Below are positions 1 to 9,062 of a DNA stretch of 64,000 bases, one piece after another. The position numbers and the translations under genes were made by a program. Under the pieces are notes generated by a model. That model ran no database searches and was not told where the DNA came from. It was given only the letters and a program-made list of their open reading frames with translations. The DNA is taken from positions 8,848 to 72,847 of IMG/VR virus record IMGVR_UViG_3300046780_000148; one strand, 5' to 3'. Each line of letters opens with the position of its first letter. Position 1 is the first letter of the stretch. Source of the stretch: a virus.

Positions 1-164
1 TGCTACGGGTTCGACTACACGCTTTCGCAGGACGAGATGCATGCCTGTGTCTCGTGGACGGAAGCCGATATGGCTTCGCCTGTCGAGCTCACGAACGATC
101 AGTGGATGGATGGTGTGAATAACGTCATCTACCTGTGGGACCCACGGAATCCGGAGGACAAGTA

Positions 165-383
165 ATGGAGATCAAACCGCTTATCGAGGTTATCAAGGAC
201 CTCGTAGCAGAAGGCGTGCTCAGCGACGAGCGCTGTCCGCAGCCTGAGTACTGGCACTGGGACGTGTTGAAGCCTGAGGCACTCGATAAGGACTTCGCAC
301 GTTGCTACGACGAGTGCGAAGAGATTCGCTGGAACGGCTTCGACTGGCGCGAGGAGCCCTACTACGGAGAAGGATCGAAATGA
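165..383 (+). CDS. hypothetical protein
   Basis: ATG after GGAGG; coupled to next ORF. Confidence 0.6.
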   Translation: MEIKPLIEVIKDLVAEGVLSDERCPQPEYWHWDVLKPEALDKDFARCYDECEEIRWNGFDWREEPYYGEGSK

Positions 384-574
384 AACTGAAAGAGTTCGGC
401 GGCATCGAAGCACTACAGCCTGGCGACCTGATCGCCGTTACACGTTACCTTGCCGTTCATAGCTACTATGAGGGGCGTAACATCATCGAAGTCGTGACCG
501 AAGACGGTTCGATTGATGTCATTGGGGAGTCGGCAATCGTAGACGTCGTCGTCAAGTCCAACACAGAATACTAG
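380..574 (+). CDS. hypothetical protein
   Basis: ATGA overlap with upstream ORF. Confidence 0.55.
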   Translation: MKLKEFGGIEALQPGDLIAVTRYLAVHSYYEGRNIIEVVTEDGSIDVIGESAIVDVVVKSNTEY

Positions 575-581
575 GAGAGAC

Positions 582-986
582 GTGGACTCCCAAGAGTTTG
601 ATCGTCACCGCGCACGAGTGGAAGCAACCGAACGCGCAGAAATCGCCGTACTCGTTGGTCGCGACGTGACTCGTTCCGAGCGTGAACGTATGCCTGTTTA
701 TGATCTGTCTGTGGCATATGCGCGTGTCGTCTCTCGCATCGAACGCGATGTGGTCTGGCGTATCCAAGATAACGATGCACCAGGTGCAGAGATCGACGAC
801 GAGTGCGCCTATCTCGTCGCGGTCTACTTCATGTCAATGGGCAAGCGAGGTCGCCTGAGTCGTTCGGAACCCTGGGACAGTCAAACGGGATTCAGTTCTT
901 CGCAGGCGTGGACCATGTACAACCTGCTGAAGGTACTCAAGCAGGACGGCCGCATCATCGTCACAGAGTTCGCGAGAGGACAGTAA
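582..986 (+). CDS. hypothetical protein
   Basis: GTG with AGGAG RBS, 134 aa. Confidence 0.7.
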   Translation: MDSQEFDRHRARVEATERAEIAVLVGRDVTRSERERMPVYDLSVAYARVVSRIERDVVWRIQDNDAPGAEIDDECAYLVAVYFMSMGKRGRLSRSEPWDSQTGFSSSQAWTMYNLLKVLKQDGRIIVTEFARGQ

Positions 987-1085
987 TGGTACAGCGTTGG
1001 TTGGGTCTTAGCGATAGGACCATGATGCTCCTGTGTAAGGCGTACTTCGTACTAGTGGTCGTAGCCATGTTCGCAGAAGCTTGCG

Positions 1086-1541
1086 GTGGCGGAGGAAACG
1101 GGAGTCGATACTAATGCGTTGGTTAACGCATCAAGGCCTTTGTCCATGTATCGCTCTGATCCTGGCAGTCGTATTCATCTTCATCCTAGTGAAGACGGAG
1201 AATCACTGATGGACAATCACAATCCCACGTGGGAAACCAAAGAGCGGGCCGACGAGCAAGTCTTGAGTGACTCCAGAAAACAGTTCTTGCGGGGTGAAAT
1301 GGGTGATCTTGTAGCTTCGGGCGTTCTTCATGTAACACCTGAGGGTGCGTACGAGTTCACAAGTGGTCCTACTTGGGGTGATGTGGGTTGCGAACGTCGT
1401 CTGGATAAGTGTGATCACGCGCCTGACGACGGATGCATGTGGTGCTGTATGTGCTGTAATCTAGACACTCACAGGTGTCCGGGCTGCGGTACCGTTACAG
1501 ATCATAAGAACACTGCATGCGACGAGTGCAAGAAGCTCTAG
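1086..1541 (+). CDS. hypothetical protein with C-terminal Cys-rich zinc-binding region
   Basis: CxxCCxCC, CPGC and CDEC motifs; start uncertain. Confidence 0.6.
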   Translation: MAEETGVDTNALVNASRPLSMYRSDPGSRIHLHPSEDGESLMDNHNPTWETKERADEQVLSDSRKQFLRGEMGDLVASGVLHVTPEGAYEFTSGPTWGDVGCERRLDKCDHAPDDGCMWCCMCCNLDTHRCPGCGTVTDHKNTACDECKKL

Positions 1542-1612
1542 CTTGACGTGAGCTGTTCCTAGCCAATGATTTCATTGGCTGGGTTCATAGAACGTCAAAC
1601 AAAGGAGATAAC

Positions 1613-1867
1613 ATGAACAAAGCACTACCGTCGCCTGTTGCAGACCGAGTCGACTTCAATTCTGAAGAGTCGAGTCTGGGCTGGGCCGTTCGTTCCGTAG
1701 TGACAACGGGTGACAAAGCGTTCATCGCTATTTATCGTGCGTCCTGCATTACATGGGACCAAACGGTGCAGGGTGAACTGGTTACACTTCTCGAGGACGA
1801 TCAGGCGGACCTTACTAGTCTCGCGATCGCAATCAACCGTCACGTTGCCATAAGGAGTTGGTTGTAA
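1613..1867 (+). CDS. hypothetical protein
   Basis: AAGGAG RBS + ATG. Confidence 0.7.
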   Translation: MNKALPSPVADRVDFNSEESSLGWAVRSVVTTGDKAFIAIYRASCITWDQTVQGELVTLLEDDQADLTSLAIAINRHVAIRSWL

Positions 1868-1932
1868 ATGGGGTTTGCATGTATTGTTTTAGGTCTAGTT
1901 GCGATCGCATCACTACTGGCAGCTTGGATTAT

Positions 1933-2057
1933 GTCTAACTAAAGTCTAACAGCTATGGTCATTAGACCCGTAGAGCTATGTAGCTTCATATAGTTCATCG
2001 GTTAGACCTATAAGAGACTCAGTTAGACGCTAGTAGAGACTTCAAGCTAAGCTTTAG
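1933..2057. repeat. TTAGAC-arm intergenic element, copy E1 (inverted arms)
   Basis: GTCTAA at 1933, 1944; TTAGAC/AGAGAC at 2002, 2013, 2023, 2035; TAGTAGAGACTTCAAGCTA shared with the 49.9-kb copy. Confidence 0.85.
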
Positions 2058-2071
2058 AGAATCGAGGAAAG

Positions 2072-2269
2072 ATGGACAAGGGAGAAGGAACTCCCGAAAG
2101 GCTTGAATCACGTAATCGTGCTACGATCAACGCCTTAAGCTATCGTATTGGCAGTAAGGTGGGATTGGTACAACATCTCAAAGAGATGGGTAAGCCTATC
2201 CCGCAGAAGTTGATCGATGAGATTGAAGTTCTTAGGCATCAACTAGAATTCGCTAGGGAGAATCGATGA
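2072..2269 (+). CDS. hypothetical protein
   Basis: GAGG RBS + ATG. Confidence 0.6.
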   Translation: MDKGEGTPERLESRNRATINALSYRIGSKVGLVQHLKEMGKPIPQKLIDEIEVLRHQLEFARENR

Positions 2270-2457
2270 TCTTTGAAGCACTACTGCGCAAGTACTGGTA
2301 TCGTAAGAGTGTCGAACTGGGTACTCCTACTTGGGACCAGCCGACGCTTCAAATGCGAATCCCTATTCTGGATGAGCGATCGAACACTGAGCTGACAGAG
2401 CTATCGCGCAGTCTTCGTTGGAATGGTCACCTGCCTCCCAAGGGCTATCACGAGTGA
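2266..2457 (+). CDS. hypothetical protein
   Basis: ATGA overlap. Confidence 0.55.
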   Translation: MIFEALLRKYWYRKSVELGTPTWDQPTLQMRIPILDERSNTELTELSRSLRWNGHLPPKGYHE

Positions 2458-2675
2458 AGCAGACCACTCCCGAGAAGTGGGGTACGGTCGTTCATCGTGG
2501 TCACGGACGTTGGGGCTTTGAATGTGCCTTCTGCATCACAGGTAGTATGAGAGCACCTGATTGGGCACGAGCAACGTCGGATAAGGCTTTGACCGCACAT
2601 GTCGTTGAAAGGCATGCTAACGAGCAACCCGTCAGAGATATTTTGAATCCGCAAAAAGATTTCCAAAATATCTAA
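2454..2675 (+). CDS. hypothetical protein, possible zinc finger (CxxC...HxxxxH)
   Basis: GTGA overlap; CAFC...HVVERH. Confidence 0.5.
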   Translation: MKQTTPEKWGTVVHRGHGRWGFECAFCITGSMRAPDWARATSDKALTAHVVERHANEQPVRDILNPQKDFQNI

Positions 2676-2685
2676 TTTTCCCCAC

Positions 2686-2714
2686 TTGATTTTCCATTTT
2701 GTCCCATGTAAAAT
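2686..2714 (+). promoter_or_regulatory. sigma70/HrdB-type promoter
   Basis: TTGATT-17-TAAAAT in AT-rich intergenic gap. Confidence 0.6.
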
Positions 2715-2752
2715 AAGATTAGCACACAAATTCAACTCCAAAAGGAGCCCGG

Positions 2753-3016
2753 ATGAACCTGAATAAAAAGGAACAGGAACGAAGGTTCGAAGAAATGTTA
2801 GAACAGTTGTATGATCTGGATCGTGGGCAGCTCCGCCAGCTTGCCTTTGAGGCCTTGCTGATCAGTGATGGTCCGATGCATATCGGAGATGAAGACCCCG
2901 AAGCCATCAAGCGTAGCACCTTCGATGTGGTTATGCATCGTAAGAGCCAGTTCGCATTCGAGGACACTCAAACGGAAATCAAAGTGAAGCACAGCTTCGT
3001 GATCGGACAGAAATGA
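2753..3016 (+). CDS. hypothetical protein
   Basis: AAGGAG RBS. Confidence 0.7.
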   Translation: MNLNKKEQERRFEEMLEQLYDLDRGQLRQLAFEALLISDGPMHIGDEDPEAIKRSTFDVVMHRKSQFAFEDTQTEIKVKHSFVIGQK

Positions 3017-3249
3017 GACAGTACGTCGTAACGGTTAAGCTCAAGAAGAATCCCAACCACGACCCACACAACAAGGTCGCTGGTCTGTGCCCTCTTGCAG
3101 AAATTCTGCACCAGGTAGGTGAGTGTTCCGATTCAACGGGAGAACATCACACCTTCTTGTACGAAGATGCAGATCACACAACAGCAGAAATGGTCCACCG
3201 ATACCTGTCAGGACAATTTCACATCACACGTGTCGAAGAGGTAATATGA
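3013..3249 (+). CDS. hypothetical protein
   Basis: ATGA overlap. Confidence 0.65.
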   Translation: MRQYVVTVKLKKNPNHDPHNKVAGLCPLAEILHQVGECSDSTGEHHTFLYEDADHTTAEMVHRYLSGQFHITRVEEVI

Positions 3250-3363
3250 CAGACGAGGAAGAGATCGACATGCTATTGAGCATGCCGATTACTAACCGAG
3301 AAGAGGCAGACGCCTTCATCGACGCCGTATGGGCTCGTACGGACAGGATCAATAAGGAGCGAC

Positions 3364-3657
3364 GTGACCGAACCAACATTCATGTTGAGCAGGGAGAACG
3401 TTCAGAGGTCTAGTCGGTGTACCAACTGGCAGGCTCTCAAGAAGGATCTTAGGAAAGATCCTACAGCCACCAAGCTCATTCGACTTCGGAACTATCTCGC
3501 GAAGCCCCAGGATGTCACAGTATGCGGATGCACACAACGAGACAAGTGGATTCAGGCGTACAGCTACCTGAACTCCTTGACTAAGCTCGGAATGATCATG
3601 GCAGTATTCACACGAGACCTAGAAGACGACAAGATCACCATTCTGAAGGAGAAGTAG
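3364..3657 (+). CDS. hypothetical protein
   Basis: AAGGAG RBS + GTG. Confidence 0.65.
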   Translation: MTEPTFMLSRENVQRSSRCTNWQALKKDLRKDPTATKLIRLRNYLAKPQDVTVCGCTQRDKWIQAYSYLNSLTKLGMIMAVFTRDLEDDKITILKEK

Positions 3658-3658
3658 A

Positions 3659-4006
3659 TTGGGCGAGAACTTCGGACGAGGAGGCAATACGCAACGAGTT
3701 GCAGATCTTACCGTGGTTCAAACAACCCCTGAACAACGATCAATCATCGCAAGTTACATTCAGCTCCAGAAGGAGGAACAAAAACATCTTGATCTTGTAG
3801 AACAAGACCGAGATCTCATGGCACTGCAAGTAACGCGCCTAAGAGATTCAGGCCTAAGAAAGCAAAAGATTCAAGCGGTACTACAGATTAAGAGTGGTTG
3901 GCGGCTCGAGGACTTGCTTGAGCGTGGTCGAAACGTTGAAGCACAACAACAACTATTGAAGGAGAAGTGGGATGGCAAACCGGCTCAGCGAAGTAGTTCT
4001 GACTAG
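3659..4006 (+). CDS. hypothetical protein (possible HTH)
   Basis: AAGGAG RBS + TTG; helical. Confidence 0.55.
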   Translation: MGENFGRGGNTQRVADLTVVQTTPEQRSIIASYIQLQKEEQKHLDLVEQDRDLMALQVTRLRDSGLRKQKIQAVLQIKSGWRLEDLLERGRNVEAQQQLLKEKWDGKPAQRSSSD

Positions 4007-4187
4007 CGTCATGACCAAGGATGGTCCTCGTACCATGCCTCTGGCGGGCTGGGCGAGTGGTCGTAACAAGGGAGTTGCGGCTATCATCAAGGCCAACAAG
4101 CGTGACGAGGCGCTCGAGCGCAACAAGAAGACCAAGCCGGAGCGTCGTAAGGCATCCTGGAGTGCCCCGGTTGGACGTGTGAAGTAA
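3972..4187 (+). CDS. small basic hypothetical protein
   Basis: AAGGAG RBS + ATG. Confidence 0.6.
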   Translation: MANRLSEVVLTSVMTKDGPRTMPLAGWASGRNKGVAAIIKANKRDEALERNKKTKPERRKASWSAPVGRVK

Positions 4188-4293
4188 TGCACTACTGGGC
4201 ATTTATGATTGGAATGGTTGTAGGAGGCATCCTCAGCTACCTGGGCGCACTCGTAGCAATCCGCGAATACAAACGACAATTGGAGAAGAAGTA

Positions 4294-4527
4294 ATGGCGC
4301 GCCTTACTGAAGATTCAACCTGGTTGATCCAGCAGATCGCAGGTCTGGTGATCCTCTATCAAGAGGGTTCGGAAGACGAGATCGTGCAATTCGACCCTCG
4401 TGATTCGAATGCGACCGCACAAGCACAGGGCGTTATCTGGCAGAGCGATCGGCTCACTGACGAAGAGAAGAGCTTCGCATCGTTTTGGAGCGGCTACTTC
4501 TACGCACACGTAGTACACGCAGCATGA
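4294..4527 (+). CDS. hypothetical protein
   Basis: GGAG RBS + ATG. Confidence 0.65.
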   Translation: MARLTEDSTWLIQQIAGLVILYQEGSEDEIVQFDPRDSNATAQAQGVIWQSDRLTDEEKSFASFWSGYFYAHVVHAA

Positions 4528-4648
4528 TCAAGAGAGTCGCATGCCTCGCATGTCACGTTCGCGGTTGGTTCCTCTTCGGAGGCTCTGTAGTATTCTGTAA
4601 GCATGCCAAGGATTGTGTCAAGAGCGATGTATACATCGAGGTGAACAA

Positions 4649-4840
4649 GTGAAGGTCATCGTCATCCTCAAGGGTGAACCCGACAGTATGAATGAGCGCA
4701 GAACCTTCGCAGCCGTAGCCAGAGACGAAGAGTCGGCTATCGAATGGGTTACCAAGAGACACCCTGCTGCAAAGGCAAAAGACATTGAACATCTTCTCAA
4801 GTACGGCTGGTACCTCCTACAAGAGGAGTACGTAAACTGA
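4649..4840 (+). CDS. hypothetical protein
   Basis: GAGGT RBS + GTG. Confidence 0.55.
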   Translation: MKVIVILKGEPDSMNERRTFAAVARDEESAIEWVTKRHPAAKAKDIEHLLKYGWYLLQEEYVN

Positions 4841-5094
4841 TGCACACCACAGAAATAGGTGGAGTCGTCTTCCATCACAATGGTGACTACAGTGGTGACG
4901 TGACCATCGCAGGCACCTTTGGCGCACACGCTACCGTCGAAGTTCCGTTCGAAACACTGGAGCGACTAGTCGCCATGAAGAAGCAGCAAGCTCTGATCGT
5001 CTTCATCGAAGGTCTCGACCTCCGTACTTCTGAAGGTCGATCATCTCTTGAGGTAATCCGAGGTGCGATCAACGCTATCTTCATGGAACGATAA
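4840..5094 (+). CDS. hypothetical protein
   Basis: TGATG coupling. Confidence 0.65.
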   Translation: MHTTEIGGVVFHHNGDYSGDVTIAGTFGAHATVEVPFETLERLVAMKKQQALIVFIEGLDLRTSEGRSSLEVIRGAINAIFMER

Positions 5095-5243
5095 GTAATC
5101 CAAGCCCGTGTGGTTGTTTGTTTCGTGCACGAAGCGATATTCATTGATCTGAATAAGACTTCGTGCATGTTACAAGTCACCACAGAGCGTGACTCGCCGC
5201 GAATATGCGGTTTGGACCATAAACCTCAAGAGAGGAAGGTCAC

Positions 5244-5510
5244 ATGCGTTTCATGTTCATTTGTACGTTGCACGACGGGCCACTAGCCCCGACCATTACC
5301 AGATATGGGCCTGGAGAGCTTGGTGATTCCATCGATGGTCCGATGTTCGTGGAGCAGCGCAAGGTTGGAATTTCGCACGCAGGCCGTGCTACCGATGCAC
5401 CACTCGTGTGGGTTGTGGATCTGGAAAACATGATCTGCGTGAGGGACATCGAGAACGGTGGCGACAACGCCTGCGCAACGGGCTGGTGGGAAACCGTGGT
5501 GGTACCGTGA
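5244..5510 (+). CDS. hypothetical protein
   Basis: RBS + ATG. Confidence 0.6.
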   Translation: MRFMFICTLHDGPLAPTITRYGPGELGDSIDGPMFVEQRKVGISHAGRATDAPLVWVVDLENMICVRDIENGGDNACATGWWETVVVP

Positions 5511-5680
5511 AAGCATCACAGCTGATGAGACTTCTCCTCGAACGTATGGGTGAACACGGAGATCTCGAGGTTACAATCTTTGACGACGAAACGTGTGCCT
5601 ACTACCCCGTAGAGGCCGTCCTTGTGACTAAGGACTTCGGCAAGCCTACCGACATAATGGTTCTCGAGGAGGCAGCGTGA
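5507..5680 (+). CDS. hypothetical protein
   Basis: GTGA overlap; MKASQL...HGDLEV. Confidence 0.6.
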   Translation: MKASQLMRLLLERMGEHGDLEVTIFDDETCAYYPVEAVLVTKDFGKPTDIMVLEEAA

Positions 5681-5880
5681 AGCAGTTCATTTTCACTGGT
5701 GGTCTGATGCGATGCTGCACAGGAACGTTTGATGTCTACGAAGTAGAACCGACTCCGGGGCAGATCATTCCGTGTCGGCACTGCTCCGGCTCGATGATCG
5801 TTAACGTCGAGACAGTTCGAGGCGAAGAGGTTCTCGCATGGCGCTGGAACAAGCCTACACTCGATGAGGTGTTCAAGTGA
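5677..5880 (+). CDS. small zinc-ribbon protein
   Basis: RCC...CRHC; GTGA overlap. Confidence 0.6.
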   Translation: MKQFIFTGGLMRCCTGTFDVYEVEPTPGQIIPCRHCSGSMIVNVETVRGEEVLAWRWNKPTLDEVFK

Positions 5881-6092
5881 GGGCCTACTACAAGCTTGCG
5901 CCTGGAGAAACGCAGCCAAGCTCCTACATCCTTAAGGCAGACAAGACCGACTACGCCTGCATCGGCGCCGCTTGTGAAAGTGCATTGCGTATTCTAGATG
6001 CGGCTGTAGCAGAAGGCGCGGCCGACGACGGACTAGTAGCCGTGTACAAGTTGATCTTGCTCGCGATCGACAATCCGGAGCGTGTGAAGTGA
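5877..6092 (+). CDS. hypothetical protein
   Basis: GTGA overlap. Confidence 0.6.
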   Translation: MRAYYKLAPGETQPSSYILKADKTDYACIGAACESALRILDAAVAEGAADDGLVAVYKLILLAIDNPERVK

Positions 6093-6400
6093 GGGACGTA
6101 CAAGCGTACAAGATTGCTGTTGAGGCTTGGAATAAGCATGGGTACCTCAAGCTCTTCGTTCTACCAGAAGAGAGGCTTGAGGCCGCTGTCGATGCGATGC
6201 AGACCTACTACGAGAAAGAGGTCGAAACGCTTCGGGCATTTCTCTGGGAGATCTATGCGGCTACGGGCTGCGACACGATGGACTACCAGTCAGCTCCTCC
6301 TAAGGGTTGTATGTTCCCGGACATCGAAGAGATGGCCCTCGAGGCCGTGAAGGAACTTCGTATCGAACGCGACAAAGCTGTTGAGACAGGGGAGTACTGA
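6089..6400 (+). CDS. hypothetical protein
   Basis: GTGA overlap. Confidence 0.65.
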   Translation: MRDVQAYKIAVEAWNKHGYLKLFVLPEERLEAAVDAMQTYYEKEVETLRAFLWEIYAATGCDTMDYQSAPPKGCMFPDIEEMALEAVKELRIERDKAVETGEY

Positions 6401-6669
6401 TGAGTAGAGTTCCTATGCCCATCTGGATCGGTCTTGCCGCAGTTGTTATGGTCGCGGGATGCGTGTTCGCGTACAAGTACGATCAGAAGTGGCAGGCACA
6501 CTGTCGTAACGATCTTCATGGGCACGTGCTTAGTCACACGTCGTACACTACTACGATCGTTACTACGTACGACAAGAAGGGTAATCCTCATACAGGCACA
6601 GGAACGTCGTCAACCACGACTACGTGGTGTGCCTCCAACAATGGCACAGTTCTCGAGTACGAAAACTAA
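6400..6669 (+). CDS. membrane-anchored/secreted Thr-rich protein
   Basis: N-terminal hydrophobic helix, Cys pair, Thr-rich. Confidence 0.65.
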   Translation: MSRVPMPIWIGLAAVVMVAGCVFAYKYDQKWQAHCRNDLHGHVLSHTSYTTTIVTTYDKKGNPHTGTGTSSTTTTWCASNNGTVLEYEN

Positions 6670-6678
6670 GGAGCAACC

Positions 6679-6993
6679 ATGTTGAAGCCAGGTAAGGGTG
6701 CATTCATTCCAGTGAATGAAGAAATGCTGGATTGGCTGCACGCCACGTTCGAGGAGATCTGGAGCGCTGCCGGCGATGAGGGTGAACTGAACAACCTCAT
6801 CGACGAAGGCAAGGGTGCCCAGTTCCTTCGGCACGTCGCAGGGTCTGCTGCGGGATGGCGTGGAGAAGAGGACGAGTTTGGATCCAAGATCTACAAGCAG
6901 ATGCCTTGGGGCGAAGGAGCTTATCGCGTCACGGTTATTCTAGACAAGAGCAAGAAGCTCAAGATCGATGTACGTCAGTGGTACGAAGGGTGA
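6679..6993 (+). CDS. hypothetical protein, possible PC4/YdbC-like C-terminus
   Basis: AAGGAG RBS; ends KIDVRQWY, similar to PC4-family DxRxW. Confidence 0.55.
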   Translation: MLKPGKGAFIPVNEEMLDWLHATFEEIWSAAGDEGELNNLIDEGKGAQFLRHVAGSAAGWRGEEDEFGSKIYKQMPWGEGAYRVTVILDKSKKLKIDVRQWYEG

Positions 6994-7175
6994 AAAGGTA
7001 CTTCTTTATTGCCTGTATCGCATGTTGGATTTGGGCCCTCATAGGACTCGTCTTAACATTCGAGGTCGATTGGCAATTTATTAACATGACCATCGGCGCA
7101 GGGTTCTGGGCAACCATGCTAACGATAGTGAACATCGTTATTTGGTTTGCAGAACGTAAGGAAGAACGTAAATGA
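6990..7175 (+). CDS. two-TM membrane protein
   Basis: two hydrophobic segments; GTGA overlap. Confidence 0.6.
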   Translation: MKRYFFIACIACWIWALIGLVLTFEVDWQFINMTIGAGFWATMLTIVNIVIWFAERKEERK

Positions 7176-7626
7176 ATAAGCCTAGTAAGGTGCACGGCAA
7201 GGATCCTAAGACGCCCACTAAGGGTCGATGTGGCGAAGGAAAAGCTTGGAAGACGTCTATCGCACTTGCCGAAGACATTGCAGAAGTCACTTGCAGGCGT
7301 TGTCTTGCACTGTTTGAGCTCGACAAAGAGAAAGTAGGGCGTAATGATTAAGATTGAAACCGAAGGTGATCTCCAGAACGCTATTGGAAATGCATGTCTC
7401 GACGACGGTCTGGACGACCCAGAAATTCGGGAACTGAAAGTTATCGTGCGACACAAGGACAGGAACTGGCAAATTAGTTCTGTTGTTCTGGTTGGCGACG
7501 CACTCTTCCTGGTAATTGACTGATGTATACGTGCAACGGTTGTTGTAGCGATGTTCGTTCAAGGCGAACATACTACATCTATCGAACGCGGCTCGGTATC
7601 TGGTGGCATGAACTCTGGAGGCACTA

Positions 7627-7809
7627 ATGGCTAAAGGCATGGGAAGTTCGTACACGCGCAACAGGCGTCAGAAGCACGTACGAGGCAATAGCTCTGCTCG
7701 GGGCACTTCCAAGGGTGGAGGCTGCCCCTTTACCTTGTTGATGATCCTGGCATTGCCTACGATCGTCATTGTTGGATCGATTACAGCAGTTGTGCACCTG
7801 ATCGGATAG
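7627..7809 (+). CDS. small membrane protein
   Basis: GGAGG RBS; basic N-terminus + TM. Confidence 0.6.
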   Translation: MAKGMGSSYTRNRRQKHVRGNSSARGTSKGGGCPFTLLMILALPTIVIVGSITAVVHLIG

Positions 7810-7879
7810 TTACCTTTGTCGGCGAATCGAACCTGAGTCGTCGGCATTGGAACCGCACCCGAGCGGGAAAGGAGATAAG

Positions 7880-8173
7880 ATGGAGAGCGTAAAGTTGGTG
7901 CAGGTTCTGTCCGATGAGGAATTGGAAGAGCTTGCTAAGCAACTGTACAAGTATGCAGAGACCCACTACAACGCTGGTGGCTGGGATGTCATCGTCGAAT
8001 GTATGGAAATCTCCGAGATCTTCGAGGACCTGAAAGAAGGCTACCCCGAGATCGACACTCGACTGTCTCAGCCGGTAAAGGACTTCGAAGATGCACTCAA
8101 GGTCTTCGAGTCACGTATTGACATCTGGTCCGATCGTCAGGCCGAAGCGAAGTTCTATGAGGACAACGTATGA
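7880..8173 (+). CDS. hypothetical acidic protein
   Basis: AAGGAG RBS. Confidence 0.7.
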   Translation: MESVKLVQVLSDEELEELAKQLYKYAETHYNAGGWDVIVECMEISEIFEDLKEGYPEIDTRLSQPVKDFEDALKVFESRIDIWSDRQAEAKFYEDNV

Positions 8174-8320
8174 AAGCATGGTGTGAGTATTGTCGGTTAC
8201 GAATTATTTGGAACAAGGCTACTCGGCGCTGGGACGTTGTAACGAAGCAATCTTGTCCCAAGTTCGTGTGTCCACTATCGGCTCACTCGCAGCATGATCC
8301 AGTAGAAGGGCGGCCTACGT

Positions 8321-8575
8321 ATGAGCCTAGCTGATGAGGAACAAGAGAAAGACGATCCCATTTTACATCCAGAGGATATTGCGCCTTACTTTAGGGTGAA
8401 GCCTAAGACGGTATCTCGCTGGATCGAACGAGGGTTAATCATTGGCTTCCAAACTCCTGGAGGACGATACGTAGCAAGAGAGTCAGAAGTACACAAAGCA
8501 CGGAAAGAGTTTGAGTTCCGAGACAGGGGACCATTTAGAGAAAGGCAGAGTCGTGACAGCGGAACGAACGCGTAA
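8321..8575 (+). CDS. BldC-like MerR/excisionase-family (HTH_17) DNA-binding protein
   Basis: ILHPEDIAPYFRVKPKTVSRW...TPGG..RESEV parallels the BldC pattern LLTPAEVATMFRVDPKTVTRW...TLGG..REAEV (recalled). Confidence 0.8.
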   Translation: MSLADEEQEKDDPILHPEDIAPYFRVKPKTVSRWIERGLIIGFQTPGGRYVARESEVHKARKEFEFRDRGPFRERQSRDSGTNA

Positions 8576-8975
8576 AGACACTACACCAAAGAACGATCGA
8601 GAAGCAATCCTATTCGCGCATGCTCGAATGATCCACTTCTACAATCTCGCACGCGAGAACGCTCTTCTTGCGGACAAGATTGTACAGAAGTATGTAGAAA
8701 CGTATCAGCTTGGCGGTACGCGATACACAAGCAAGGAGTCCGCGGAAACTGCTGGTCGTGCAGATCCTCGATACAAGGACTTTGTCGCAGGTAACCAGAT
8801 GTACGATCGTTGGCACGCTCGCGAGTCGCTACATGTGCAGGGCCTTATCGCATTCGGCAAGTGGCGAGAAGAGCTCAAGGCAAGTAGCAATTGGGCAGCC
8901 GAACTCATAAACGATGCATCCTACGAAGCTAAGGTTGTTCTATCATTTCGTCAACCCCAAGAGCGCCTACCATAG
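8511..8975 (+). CDS. hypothetical protein
   Basis: 154-aa ORF; start uncertain. Confidence 0.65.
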   Translation: MSSETGDHLEKGRVVTAERTRKDTTPKNDREAILFAHARMIHFYNLARENALLADKIVQKYVETYQLGGTRYTSKESAETAGRADPRYKDFVAGNQMYDRWHARESLHVQGLIAFGKWREELKASSNWAAELINDASYEAKVVLSFRQPQERLP

Positions 8976-9016
8976 AAATAAGGAAACAAGGAAAAATTTT
9001 GCCCATAAAATCTTCC

Positions 9017-9046
9017 TTGATTTTCTATTGTCACCCAAGTTATAAT
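9017..9046 (+). promoter_or_regulatory. sigma70-type promoter
   Basis: TTGATT-18-TATAAT. Confidence 0.65.
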
Positions 9047-9062
9047 TAGTTATCAGCGCAAA

